DNA of 64,000 bases, from positions 6,336 to 70,335 of the IMG/VR virus record IMGVR_UViG_3300025626_000019. The stretch is one strand, 5' to 3'. How positions within the stretch are numbered: position 1 is the stretch's first letter; each line of letters begins with the position of its first letter. The position numbers and the translations under genes are program-made. This stretch comes from a virus. The notes beneath the pieces are model-generated. The model saw nothing but the letters and a program-made list of their open reading frames with translations, was not told the origin of the DNA and made no database searches. This document shows positions 41,260 through 50,372 of this stretch, piece after piece.

Positions 41260-42564
41260 ATGACTCAGTCAAACTATCAGCAACTGGTCGAAAAATGGGG
41301 TCCCGTTTTGGAACACGCATCTTTCGCACCAATTCAAGACAACCACAAGAAAAGCGTAACAGCTACTATTCTTGAAAACACAGAGAAGGCACTCATGGAA
41401 TCAGGCGACACGTCTGCTAACATGTCTGGTTTCTTGGCAGAAACTGCGGCTAACGATGCGGGTACAGGCGGCTTCGGCGGCACATCCACAGCGGCTGGTC
41501 CAACAGCAGGTTATGACCCTGTTCTTATTTCACTAGTACGTCGTGCGATGCCAAACCTAATCGCATATGACATTGCTGGTGTTCAGCCAATGACAGGTCC
41601 AACAGGCTTGATCTTTGCAATGCGTTCGCGCATGACATCACAAGCTGGTGGCGAAGTGTTCTACAACGAAGCTGACACAGACTTCTCAGGTGCAGGTACA
41701 CATGCTAACGCATTGGGTGCAGGTTCTGAAACAACTGGTACAGGCATGGACACTGCTGACGCAGAAGCTCTTGGTTCAACAGGCGATGCATTCGCTGAAA
41801 TGGCTTTCTCAATTGAAAAAGTTACTGTTGCGGCAAAATCTCGTGCGTTGAAAGCAGAGTACACAACTGAACTAGCACAAGACTTGAAAGCTGTTCACGG
41901 TCTTGACGCGGAAACAGAACTTGCAAACATCTTGCAGTCTGAAATCCTCGTTGAAATCAACCGCGAATTGGTTCGTACCATCTATACAAACGCTAAAGCA
42001 GGTGCTGCTGGAACGGCTGTTGCAGGTACTTTCGATCTTGACGTAGACGCAAATGGTCGTTGGTCAGTTGAGAAGTTCAAAGGTCTTATGTTCCAAATCG
42101 AGCAAGAAGCTAACGCTATTGCTAAAGGCACAAGACGTGGTAAAGGTAACATGGTTATCTGTTCTTCTGATGTTGCTTCGGCACTTCAAATGGCAGGTGT
42201 ACTTGATTACACACCAGCACTTAACAGCAACGCACTAAACGTTGATGACACAGGCAACACATTCGCAGGTGTTCTTAACGGACGTTACAAAGTGTACATT
42301 GACCCATATGCAGGTTCTAACTACCTCGTAGTAGGCTATAAAGGTTCTTCATCTTTCGATGCAGGTCTATTCTATTGCCCATACGTACCGTTGCAAATGG
42401 TTCGCGCAGTTGGTGAGAATTCTTTCCAACCCAAAATTGGCTTTAAAACGCGCTACGGCATGGTGTCAAACCCATTCGCTAAAGGTGCTACACAAGGCTC
42501 AGGCGCATTGGATGCGAACTCTAACGAATACTACCGCAGAGTTGCAGTATCTAATTTGTTCTAA
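41260..42564 (+). CDS. gp23: Major capsid protein gp23
   Basis: LVRRAMPNLIAYDI.GVQPM.GPTGLIFAMR, KSRALKAEYT.ELAQDLKAVHGLDAE, FQPKIGFKTRYG. Confidence 0.97.
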   Translation: MTQSNYQQLVEKWGPVLEHASFAPIQDNHKKSVTATILENTEKALMESGDTSANMSGFLAETAANDAGTGGFGGTSTAAGPTAGYDPVLISLVRRAMPNLIAYDIAGVQPMTGPTGLIFAMRSRMTSQAGGEVFYNEADTDFSGAGTHANALGAGSETTGTGMDTADAEALGSTGDAFAEMAFSIEKVTVAAKSRALKAEYTTELAQDLKAVHGLDAETELANILQSEILVEINRELVRTIYTNAKAGAAGTAVAGTFDLDVDANGRWSVEKFKGLMFQIEQEANAIAKGTRRGKGNMVICSSDVASALQMAGVLDYTPALNSNALNVDDTGNTFAGVLNGRYKVYIDPYAGSNYLVVGYKGSSSFDAGLFYCPYVPLQMVRAVGENSFQPKIGFKTRYGMVSNPFAKGATQGSGALDANSNEYYRRVAVSNLF

Positions 42565-42595
42565 GAACAATAAGATATCGGATAACGATACAACT

Positions 42596-42623
42596 AGGGA
42601 AGCCTTCGGGCTTCCCTTTTTTT
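42596..42623 (+). terminator. Rho-independent terminator after gp23
   Basis: agggaagcc-ttcg-ggcttccct followed by a T tract. Confidence 0.9.
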
Positions 42624-43014
42624 ATGCGTGACGTGCTTTGATGTGACGTGCTAATGTAGCAGGATTACCCATCATATCACAATGAGGACACTTCTTCTTT
42701 ACCTTCATTGTGGTTGATAGTTTGGCTACAGACTCAGGATTGTCCATAGGATTATTATTTGTCATAATAACTCTACGCTTCTCTTTGAACTCATCAGATA
42801 GAGTATATCCACTAGTACGTCCGTTGGTATTTCCCATACCCTTTTCACGTATTAACTCTTTAGTCTCTTCTGCATGGTTCCATCCAGTTTCTCTACCACC
42901 CCATCTGTAGATAGAATCTTCTGGTACTGATGGATTGAGGTTGTAATCTGGAAAGTATTCTTGAATAGGTTTTAGTCCCAAGGACTCGCCAATGGGATCG
43001 ATATAAATAGACAT
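42622..43014 (-). CDS. NUMOD3-motif/C2H2-finger protein (homing-endonuclease-related DNA-binding remnant)
   Basis: GWNHAEETKELIREKGMGN, GYTLSDEFKEK, NNPM; C-terminal CPHC...RHIKARH; no catalytic domain evident. Confidence 0.6.
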   Translation of the reverse strand: MSIYIDPIGESLGLKPIQEYFPDYNLNPSVPEDSIYRWGGRETGWNHAEETKELIREKGMGNTNGRTSGYTLSDEFKEKRRVIMTNNNPMDNPESVAKLSTTMKVKKKCPHCDMMGNPATLARHIKARHA

Positions 43015-43041
43015 ATGCTGTAATATTCCTTTCTTTTATAG

Positions 43042-43073
43042 TGTGTATGGGAATTGCCGTTCCGCGATACACA
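43042..43073 (-). promoter_or_regulatory. Hairpin in the 5' leader of the NUMOD3 gene
   Basis: tgtgtat.ggaa...ttcc...atacaca inverted repeat, just downstream of a CTAAATA late-promoter variant on the minus strand. Confidence 0.45.
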
Positions 43074-43098
43074 TTTATTTAGTAGATTGGAAAATTCA

Positions 43099-43314
43099 AT
43101 GGACTTAGAAGAGTTGAAGAAAATCAATGAAGTTTTTTATGCCACAAAAGGACATCTATTTCCTGCAGGATATAGTCTTCATGAAATGCGTGTAGTGTAT
43201 GGTCACTACTTTAAAAGACTATGGGGCAACCATGAAAGATTGACGAATTGCCGTGAAGAATTTGAAGAGGTTTGGGCTAATCGTACAACTTGGCTACATG
43301 AAATAGAAGATTAA
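43099..43314 (+). CDS. Hypothetical protein
   Basis: ATG at 43099; TATAAATA at 43002-43009 upstream. Confidence 0.55.
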   Translation: MDLEELKKINEVFYATKGHLFPAGYSLHEMRVVYGHYFKRLWGNHERLTNCREEFEEVWANRTTWLHEIED

Positions 43315-44075
43315 GCCAAGTAATCAGGAAGCTTATCGGCTTTGTTAACGAAGTCATCGTATGCATCTTCAACCTTTTGTTGGTTGTAGAAGAAATACTT
43401 GTGTATTCTTTGCCAAATACTTTTCTCTACCATAGAATAACCAAACGAAAATACGATACACTCGTAATGTGTGTAGTTTCTACAGGTTTGCACATTCCAA
43501 AACCTAGTTAAATCTAAATCAGTATATGGTTTTTGTCTTCTTCGCTGTTGGGGTGCTTCATTATATAACTGATCATCAAATACAATGTGAAGTGTAACTC
43601 CACCATCAGACCACCAAGGAACATCTTTACAGGGTCTTTCTACGGTATTAATGGCATTGTCATACCAATGTATATCACAATTAAGTTTATTCATTTCAGA
43701 AACAAATTCTTGCTTTTGTTCTGTATTATTAAACACAACACCAATATATCGATGTTTTGAATCATCATGACCTTGGCAACTCGTAAAGGTTAGATATCCT
43801 TTTTTGTGCAAAGCACGAACACCATCCTTAACTCGTGGCTCAAGGTTGTCTTCTATTATATCGGAATATTGACTTACGAAACTGCTTACATAATTGCCAT
43901 CTTCATCTTTAAAGCAGTATGTTCTACCACCAATCAAATGATCGTTACCCTTTACGAACATGGCGTACCTATGACCATCCTCTGCATTCTTGAACATAGG
44001 TTCTTTTTGTTCTTGCTGATATTGGTGATAGTAGGGTACTACAATTTCATATTGGCTTTTCAATAGGTTCTCCAT
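43311..44075 (-). CDS. Hypothetical protein
   Basis: 254-aa ORF; 'V.AL..KGY.TF.SCQGH' motif. Confidence 0.7.
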   Translation of the reverse strand: MENLLKSQYEIVVPYYHQYQQEQKEPMFKNAEDGHRYAMFVKGNDHLIGGRTYCFKDEDGNYVSSFVSQYSDIIEDNLEPRVKDGVRALHKKGYLTFTSCQGHDDSKHRYIGVVFNNTEQKQEFVSEMNKLNCDIHWYDNAINTVERPCKDVPWWSDGGVTLHIVFDDQLYNEAPQQRRRQKPYTDLDLTRFWNVQTCRNYTHYECIVFSFGYSMVEKSIWQRIHKYFFYNQQKVEDAYDDFVNKADKLPDYLA

Positions 44076-44081
44076 AGCAAT

Positions 44082-44103
44082 AAAGGGGCTTGACGCCCCC
44101 TTA
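44082..44103. terminator. Probable terminator hairpin
   Basis: aagggg-cttgacg-cccctt flanked by A/T. Confidence 0.55.
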
Positions 44104-44124
44104 TTTATGTGTTATTCTGAAAGT

Positions 44125-44406
44125 TTACATGCCTAGTGCTGACATATACATTTCTGTAACAGCATTTTCGTTATCAACGTCGTCACGATTACGTTTGCGG
44201 ATTGCCACGATTTTACGGATAATCTTAGCTTCATACCCACGAGATTTTGCTTCTTGCAACACTTCTTTTGTGCTATCAGCAATACCCGCTTTCTCAGCAT
44301 CAAGGGTTTCTACACGCTCTACAAAAGATCGCAATTCTTCAGCGGTTACCTTATACACTTCTTGTGATGAGTCAGATAAGATAGTTTCTGTTGTGCCGTT
44401 ATTCAT
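44125..44406 (-). CDS. gapR: DUF2312/UPF0335 (GapR-like) DNA-binding protein
   Basis: ELRSFVERVE.L..EK..I....KEV..EAKSRGY..K..RK.VA.RKR.......E......Y..ALGM. Confidence 0.85.
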   Translation of the reverse strand: MNNGTTETILSDSSQEVYKVTAEELRSFVERVETLDAEKAGIADSTKEVLQEAKSRGYEAKIIRKIVAIRKRNRDDVDNENAVTEMYMSALGM

Positions 44407-44776
44407 TATGTATTCCTTTTCAAGTTATAGTATTTGTCATAGGTCTGTTTGACCTTATCTAGTTCTGGATGTCGATGTATCCATTGTCCAGTTGAAGGAT
44501 TAAATTGTTCTCGAAAGAACCTATCCATCACTTCATTACCAGTGCCTATAGACGTATCGACTTCCAGACATTTCTTATCAAACTCAGCATCTGACATTAT
44601 CTCAGAGTTTTCTATCTCGTAAGCATATGCGGCCATACAGAGTTTGATGCGAAGGTGCGTCTGCTTTTCGACAGGCGCACCCCATTTATACAGAGTTTGA
44701 TGCGAAGGTGCGTCTGCTTTTCGACAGGCGCACCCCATTTTGGTTTCTCCTCTTCGAAGAACGCTTCTAAAGACAT
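44406..44776 (-). CDS. Stand-alone NAD-dependent DNA ligase N-terminal (Ia)-like protein, frameshifted by a 53-nt duplication
   Basis: Reconstructed MSLEAFFEEEKPKWGAPVEKQTHLRIKLCMAAYAYE...IMSDAEFD. Confidence 0.6.
44635..44740. repeat. 53-nt exact tandem duplication
   Basis: atacagagtttgatgcgaaggtgcgtctgcttttcgacaggcgcaccccattt x2. Confidence 0.9.
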
Positions 44777-45153
44777 TATCCCCCTACTGTTTTGATATGA
44801 TCTTCTACAGACCAGTCGAACCACGATGATGCCAAAGCACTCTGCTTTGTTTCTTCAATGAATGCGCCCATCTTATCCCAGATTTCTTTCTTCACCATAT
44901 CCCAGTCGATACCGTGAATATTCTTTTCAAAGTTTTCGCTGTTCCAAACAGCAACATTAAAGGCTTTGTTCATTTCACAAAGAAGTTCTTGTTGATTTGA
45001 TTTATACATATCGTATCTCCTACAGATTTCTTTCTTCACCATATCCCAGTCGATACCGTGAATATCCTTTTCAAAGTTTTCGCTGTTCCAAACAGCAACA
45101 TTAAAGGCTTTGTTCATTTCACAAAGAAGTTCTTGTTGATTTGATTTATACAT
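44776..45153 (-). CDS. Hypothetical protein (~77 aa once the 144-nt duplication is removed)
   Basis: MYKSNQQELL...DMVKKEI is repeated. Confidence 0.6.
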   Translation of the reverse strand: MYKSNQQELLCEMNKAFNVAVWNSENFEKDIHGIDWDMVKKEICRRYDMYKSNQQELLCEMNKAFNVAVWNSENFEKNIHGIDWDMVKKEIWDKMGAFIEETKQSALASSWFDWSVEDHIKTVGG

Positions 45154-45166
45154 ATCGTATCTCCTA
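44879..45166. repeat. 144-nt near-exact tandem duplication including RBS and start codon
   Basis: Copies differ at one N/D codon. Confidence 0.88.
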
Positions 45167-45364
45167 CCAATACTTTTCTACAGTTACAGACCAATGAGGC
45201 TCTTGCCACTGTTCACCAGTGACAGAATTGATACCGTCATTGAAAAAAGGACCTCGTACATAATAGTCTGCATTAGGCGCAGTATAACGAACGTTCGCAT
45301 AGCTATCTACTTCAGCTTGGGCGGCTTCTTTCGTTTCAAACACAAATGTTTCTTTCTTATGCAT
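45164..45364 (-). CDS. Hypothetical early protein
   Basis: 66 aa, downstream of a sigma70-like promoter. Confidence 0.6.
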   Translation of the reverse strand: MHKKETFVFETKEAAQAEVDSYANVRYTAPNADYYVRGPFFNDGINSVTGEQWQEPHWSVTVEKYW

Positions 45365-45393
45365 CTCAGTATCTTTCTTGTTGTTACCTATAC

Positions 45394-45422
45394 TGTATAG
45401 CGTATGATTCGGTTGGTGTCAA
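45394..45422 (-). promoter_or_regulatory. Early sigma70-like promoter
   Basis: TTGACA-17-TATACA; GANTC in the spacer. Confidence 0.65.
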
Positions 45423-46063
45423 GTGTATAAATCAGGATTTTCTTCTCTATCCTTTTGATTAATTTCCACCTCTTCAAGCATCTCAATAAAGAAATCATGT
45501 TGTTTCATGTTTATGGTTTCCCATATTTCTTCGTAGAAAGTATCTTCGCTTTCTTCGCCATTCCACTCATCTTCGTCAGCATCGTAAGAATCTTCATTGA
45601 GAACTTCGGAATCTTCAATAACGAATTCACGAATTTCTTCAAAATCCCATTCAAGCCAGTCATGCGCATGTTCGCCATCATAGATACACGCACCTGCAAA
45701 GTTAGGACTTTCATCTTCATAACTAAACAAAGTAACGATGTTTGGATCGTGTTCTGCCAGAATAGTAAGAAGCTTTTCTAGCCCCTCTTGAGGTGCGCCC
45801 CATGCCGAAAATCCATACATAGAGTCAGTATCGAATTCTTCAAGGTAACACCATTTAGGACCGATGTTGGCAGTAGTCCAAGAATATTGTTCAGTGTCTT
45901 TATAGGTTAAGTCACCTTCTACGAACATATCTGAAAACCATTGATGTCCATTATAATTTTCCTGATCAGATGATCTAATTCTGGAATATAGTTCATTTAG
46001 TTTTGCTTTTGCTTCATCATTGATTTGCTTAAATTCAATATGAAAGTGTACATGATTAGCCAT
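45419..46063 (-). CDS. Hypothetical acidic protein (YubB/DUF1281 ferredoxin-like)
   Basis: W...NIG.KW...SAWGAP...L..L...YEDE..NFAG. Confidence 0.55.
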   Translation of the reverse strand: MANHVHFHIEFKQINDEAKAKLNELYSRIRSSDQENYNGHQWFSDMFVEGDLTYKDTEQYSWTTANIGPKWCYLEEFDTDSMYGFSAWGAPQEGLEKLLTILAEHDPNIVTLFSYEDESPNFAGACIYDGEHAHDWLEWDFEEIREFVIEDSEVLNEDSYDADEDEWNGEESEDTFYEEIWETINMKQHDFFIEMLEEVEINQKDREENPDLYT

Positions 46064-46473
46064 TATAATTTCCCTTCTTCTCTCATTTGTTTGCGAATTT
46101 TAGTTGCAGAGATATTATGTACATCTGCACCAAGATCATGTTCAGTAAATGTATATCCAACGCCACGTCCATAACTAATATCAACAATGTTAGGAACTTC
46201 AAGGATTAGATACTCAAATCCATTACGGAAGCCATGAGGTGCTAAACCTTTTTCGATGTTAGCAATCACGTCAATCATCCCAAAGGGGTTGTCATCTTGC
46301 GTTGCAGTGCGCCCAGCGCCTGCGTCACCGTCAAATTTAAATACGTCACGTACCATGATGATAACTTGTCCAGTGATAGCGTGAGCCTTCTTAAATAGCT
46401 CTGTATGACCATCGTGCCAAGGTTGCCAACGTCCTAACATTTGTACTGTTGGTTTCTTATAATCAAACATCAT
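46063..46473 (-). CDS. HxGH nucleotidyltransferase-like protein
   Basis: GRWQPWHDGH, NPF, YGRGVGY, ISATKIR. Confidence 0.75.
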   Translation of the reverse strand: MMFDYKKPTVQMLGRWQPWHDGHTELFKKAHAITGQVIIMVRDVFKFDGDAGAGRTATQDDNPFGMIDVIANIEKGLAPHGFRNGFEYLILEVPNIVDISYGRGVGYTFTEHDLGADVHNISATKIRKQMREEGKL

Positions 46474-46906
46474 TGTTCCCTTCTTTGTTTTTAATCATTA
46501 CATAACGTTGCACCACTTCATGCAAAACTTTTGGTGTATTAGTAAACCATTTTTCTACATGATAGTCTACGTTCTCAGGTGTTTCAAACATCTTATTCGT
46601 ATCTTCAAAACGTCCCTCTTCAATAGTATCCATCCACACCGTGAAGTCTGGATTAAATTGTTTCCTTGTTTCTTCTGTAGGGCAAACAAAGTCAGCTACT
46701 GCAACTCTACCTGCCATTACGATACCATCTGATAAATGTTTCATGCGTTGTGCTTGTCTGATGCGTCCCTCTTTCGAGAAGTCCCAATCGTTATAGCTTG
46801 TTCGTATGATATCAGCGTTCACCCACACACCGCCTAGAAGCTCCGCTAGAGGCCGTGCAAGGGTACTCTTGCCACTCCCAGGTAAACCCATGATAAGTAT
46901 CTTCAT
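46463..46906 (-). CDS. cysC: Adenylylsulfate kinase-like P-loop kinase
   Basis: GLPGSGKSTLA, NAD.IR....DWDFS.EGR.RQ, DFVCP, FE.P. Confidence 0.7.
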   Translation of the reverse strand: MKILIMGLPGSGKSTLARPLAELLGGVWVNADIIRTSYNDWDFSKEGRIRQAQRMKHLSDGIVMAGRVAVADFVCPTEETRKQFNPDFTVWMDTIEEGRFEDTNKMFETPENVDYHVEKWFTNTPKVLHEVVQRYVMIKNKEGNNDV

Positions 46907-47286
46907 TCGTCGTCTCCGTCGATCTCACCCATGTCTACGTTCAACACAGTGATCAAAATTGAAAGGGTTGTAATTAAAAAGTAGAGCGCAGAGAAACCTG
47001 CAATAAGTTCCCATCCTGCTACGTAGAACATATAGATGGAAAACCCTTGTGTCGCATTATGCAAAAACTTCCATCTATATGGAATATGCTCAGCATAAGA
47101 TAATTCAACTTCCCAATTAGGGCTTAGAACCAACACACCTACTTTGATGAATTGAAACAATGCATATGCCATAACTGCTAGGTTTAGGTAGAGATACATT
47201 GAATCTTCTGTTTGTTGAAAAGCTAGAATGCCAACAATATGGCAAGTCATGTAAATTAAAGTCCAGTTCATTTTTTTATATTCCAC
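46903..47286 (-). CDS. Hypothetical membrane protein
   Basis: Several hydrophobic segments. Confidence 0.6.
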   Translation of the reverse strand: MEYKKMNWTLIYMTCHIVGILAFQQTEDSMYLYLNLAVMAYALFQFIKVGVLVLSPNWEVELSYAEHIPYRWKFLHNATQGFSIYMFYVAGWELIAGFSALYFLITTLSILITVLNVDMGEIDGDDE

Positions 47287-47356
47287 GAATAATCATTGAG
47301 GGGTCAAGGCCGATAAGAGGAGTAGCCCTAGAGCTACTCCCCAAAACAAGATTTCT

Positions 47357-48327
47357 TCAATTTGCATCAGCCATTTCCAATGCTAGATCAAGAGCCTTGA
47401 CTTTACGGTTTGCATTGTTGCCAAACCATGCAGAAGTCATACGAGTGTCGGCAGAGCGTCCCAGTTCGTGGTCAGCCATGTATGTAACTGCATTGTAAGC
47501 ATTCCACCATGTCCCCGGACGGAAGTTGTCGCCCGGTTGGTTCTCCCCGGTTGGTTCTCAGTCACTTCCATTGCACGACGTGCTGTAGTTGAAAGTGTTT
47601 GATCTTCACGAGTAGACTCTCCAAAGATTTTACCAAAGAACTTCTCAAGAGTTTCACGCTTGTAGTTACGTGATCCAAGGAACTCAGCGGCTTCCTTGAA
47701 TTGCTCTACTTTATTGTGAGAGACACCAAGGATTTCTTTTACACGCTCTGGATTGAACTGTTGACGGTGATTAACACGAACAGAAGCTTGGCTACCTTCG
47801 TTTAGCGCCACTGCCAGAGTGTTGTTGCAGACTACACGTTCCATCACGAATTTGATGTCGATTGCCTTACCGTACTGGTGTGGATTTGAAAAGAGCAAAT
47901 AACCCTTCACTTCGTCGCCATTAAAGAGCGAGAAACCATCACGCACATCAGCCATAGCCCATACGATTTGTCCACCTTTAAGCGAACCCGCAGTATCCAT
48001 AGACATGTCACCGTTAGCAACAAACTCTGTAAAGAAGTCAAAAGCTTCTGAGTTTTGCACAGGGTTCCAGTTCTTACCAACTTGCGTCAGAACCTTACCG
48101 TCAGTCTCACGCACTAGTGCTTGTTGACCAGTAGCGATGTTATCGCCCTTAAAGCGGAAGAAAGTGTCAACCTTCTCTACACCCCAGTTAAGACCCGCAG
48201 CGTCCATCATCTCTTGCGGTGACATATCATCACCTACTGGAACCCCCAGACCGTGCCAAGGAAGACCGTTGCTTGCGCGATACGCCATTTGTGCTTCGCC
48301 ATTAATCATTTCAAGTTCGTGTGCCAT
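47357..48327 (-). CDS. DUF932/DUF945 family protein (C-terminus frameshifted by a 14-nt duplication at 47532-47559)
   Basis: PWHGLG, AGLNW.V, VQN.EAF.FF, TAGSL.GG..VW, RVVCNNTL; repaired C-terminus GTWWNAYNAVTY..DH...SAWFG. Confidence 0.8.
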
Positions 48328-48389
48328 GATATAAACCCTTTCAAGGTTACTTAGTTTGTTTTCATTACATATATTAATGTATCACAGTT

Positions 48390-48653
48390 TTAGCTGTTGT
48401 CAACTGTATAATGCTGAGAATTTTTAACGATTTCTTCAAACATGATTTTTGCGCCCATGTCTGTTTCAAAGTCTTCTTCAGTTGCAAAGTCCATAGAAGA
48501 AGAGAAGTACAATTCAGAGTTATCAATTCCATAGGCTTCAACCCAATAAACACCGTCTTCTACAGTGTCGGCTCTTTTTGCAATTGAGCCTTCGTTTGCA
48601 CATTCAATGTTGAAGATTAAACCGCCTTGGTCTGCTGAAACATAATTGATCAT
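48390..48653 (-). CDS. Hypothetical early protein
   Basis: 87 aa; SSSMDFA motif; downstream of a promoter. Confidence 0.6.
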   Translation of the reverse strand: MINYVSADQGGLIFNIECANEGSIAKRADTVEDGVYWVEAYGIDNSELYFSSSMDFATEEDFETDMGAKIMFEEIVKNSQHYTVDNS

Positions 48654-48690
48654 TTTGATTTCTCTTTCGTTTGATTCTCTTTACTCTTAC

Positions 48691-48719
48691 TTTATAGAAT
48701 CAAAACAAACTTGTGTCAA
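48691..48719 (-). promoter_or_regulatory. Early sigma70-like promoter
   Basis: TTGACA-caagtttgttttgattc-TATAAA. Confidence 0.7.
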
Positions 48720-48722
48720 CCC

Positions 48723-49046
48723 CTAATGCATAGCCTCACTTGGCATATACATAGAGTCTATCATGTCCCAAGCATAATCGCCAAAACCAGACTTGCATAT
48801 ATCAGTAATGCCAACGAATTGTTCATTGGTATCCGCATCAATCTCTGCAACGAAACTATGTTTAAGATGTCTTTTAATGTGCTTATACAGGTAAGCAGTA
48901 GCTTCTTCCCTAGTCTTCCAACAGGTTGCTCTTGTGATGTATAAAAAATTGTGGGCTGAGAACAACATTCCCATCCCACCCATTTCTTCATCTTTTCTTG
49001 TACCCAGAAAAATCTTTTCATCTGGGTCAATGATGATGTAACGCAT
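48723..49046 (-). CDS. Hypothetical protein
   Basis: 107-aa ORF coupled to the upstream gene. Confidence 0.6.
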   Translation of the reverse strand: MRYIIIDPDEKIFLGTRKDEEMGGMGMLFSAHNFLYITRATCWKTREEATAYLYKHIKRHLKHSFVAEIDADTNEQFVGITDICKSGFGDYAWDMIDSMYMPSEAMH

Positions 49047-49378
49047 TACATTCCTTTCTTAGCTTTCCACTTAGCCATGATGTCAATAGACCACTGTGGA
49101 TTTTTACCTTCTAAGATTGCGTGAGGCGTCAAGCCTTCGGCACGTTTGGCGGCATACTCTTCTACCGTCCAGTTTTTCTTCAACTCTTTAACAAAGTTTG
49201 CTTTTGTGAAAGGAGTACCACTGTACTTGAAACGAGCGATAAACAAGTCAATGCCACGACCAACATTCGAAGGGTGGATATTTGGCTTGTCTTCGTAGAC
49301 TGGTTGACCTTCATAAGAACCACGAAACATCAGGTATCCACCGTGGTAGTCTAGGTTTTCATTTGTAAAAGCAGTCAT
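49046..49378 (-). CDS. Hypothetical early protein
   Basis: 110 aa; YHGGYL...FIARFKY family. Confidence 0.6.
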   Translation of the reverse strand: MTAFTNENLDYHGGYLMFRGSYEGQPVYEDKPNIHPSNVGRGIDLFIARFKYSGTPFTKANFVKELKKNWTVEEYAAKRAEGLTPHAILEGKNPQWSIDIMAKWKAKKGM

Positions 49379-49410
49379 GTCATTCTCTCTTTCGTTTTGA
49401 TTACATATAA

Positions 49411-49439
49411 CTTATAGAATCAAAACAAACCTATGTCAA
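49411..49439 (-). promoter_or_regulatory. Early sigma70-like promoter (near-identical spacer to 48691)
   Basis: TTGACA-taggtttgttttgattc-TATAAG. Confidence 0.7.
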
Positions 49440-49442
49440 GCA

Positions 49443-49646
49443 CTAATGTGCAAAATATTTGTCAAGCATTTCCAATACGTCATCATATTTTGCAATTTCA
49501 AGGATTTCCATTTCCATAGCTTCAAAAACATCTGGGTGTTCACCAATCCCTGCTGGGTTTGCTAGATATACTTCCACATTCATTTTGTGCTTATCGATAT
49601 GTCCTTGTGCATGTGAACGCATTGCCTTTAACATTTTATTTCTCAT
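49443..49646 (-). CDS. Conserved hypothetical protein of marine T4-likes
   Basis: HAQG.I.KH..NVEVYL.NP.GIGEH.D. Confidence 0.7.
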   Translation of the reverse strand: MRNKMLKAMRSHAQGHIDKHKMNVEVYLANPAGIGEHPDVFEAMEMEILEIAKYDDVLEMLDKYFAH

Positions 49647-49657
49647 AATATATTCCT

Positions 49658-50326
49658 TTATTTTTCGTTGAGTTCTCTAAATTTCTTACGGACACTCAGA
49701 AAGTGTTCCAGATAATCGTATGTATTTATCTTGAAAACTTGAGGCTCATTATGATCCACTGTAATCAAGATAACACCTTGCTTAATAGGAATGCCAGTTC
49801 TCTCATAGAAAGCGGCGGCATAGAAAGATGCTTGGATGAAGTAACTTGTAATCCATTCCTCTTTCTTCGGTTTGCGAGATGTTTTGAAATCAATAATAGA
49901 CAACTGACCGTCAAACTCTGCAATACAGTCAACCTGTCCAGCAGTCTTTAGTCGATCACTATACAAGAATACCTCTTGCATCCAAATGTTATTCAGACGC
50001 TTATCCATGATCTTCTTGATGTCTTCAAATGAGAATAGGTTGGTTGGCATTGCGCCTTCCTTCCAGTTTGGATCATTGTTAAGATAGTCCTCAGCCAACT
50101 TGTGAACTGCCGTACCTCTTACTGATGCTTGTTGGGATATCTTATTGGCTTCTTCCTCACCCACACGCTTACGCCATGCGATGATGCCTTCCTTGTTCAA
50201 TACACCCAAGACAGTGGTGATTGATGGGTATGCGTTACCTTCGGGCGTAAAATACTTACGTCCTTTGTCGGTTGTTTTTCTGGTCAACGTAGGTAACACT
50301 ACGTCGTGCTTCACATGATTAAACAT
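49658..50326 (-). CDS. PD-(D/E)XK exonuclease (Cas4-like)
   Basis: YPSITTVL, RGT.VH, AG.VDCIAEFDG.LSIIDFKTS, YF.Q...YA. Confidence 0.85.
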   Translation of the reverse strand: MFNHVKHDVVLPTLTRKTTDKGRKYFTPEGNAYPSITTVLGVLNKEGIIAWRKRVGEEEANKISQQASVRGTAVHKLAEDYLNNDPNWKEGAMPTNLFSFEDIKKIMDKRLNNIWMQEVFLYSDRLKTAGQVDCIAEFDGQLSIIDFKTSRKPKKEEWITSYFIQASFYAAAFYERTGIPIKQGVILITVDHNEPQVFKINTYDYLEHFLSVRKKFRELNEK

Positions 50327-50372
50327 AATATAACTTTCTATTGATTCTGTATTATAACACAGAAAAAATTAT

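Noticed and set aside
44635-45166. CRISPR array or minisatellite
   Set aside because: Only two adjacent copies each, with no spacers, lying inside coding sequence; the Cas4-like nuclease at 49658 is a common stand-alone phage exonuclease.
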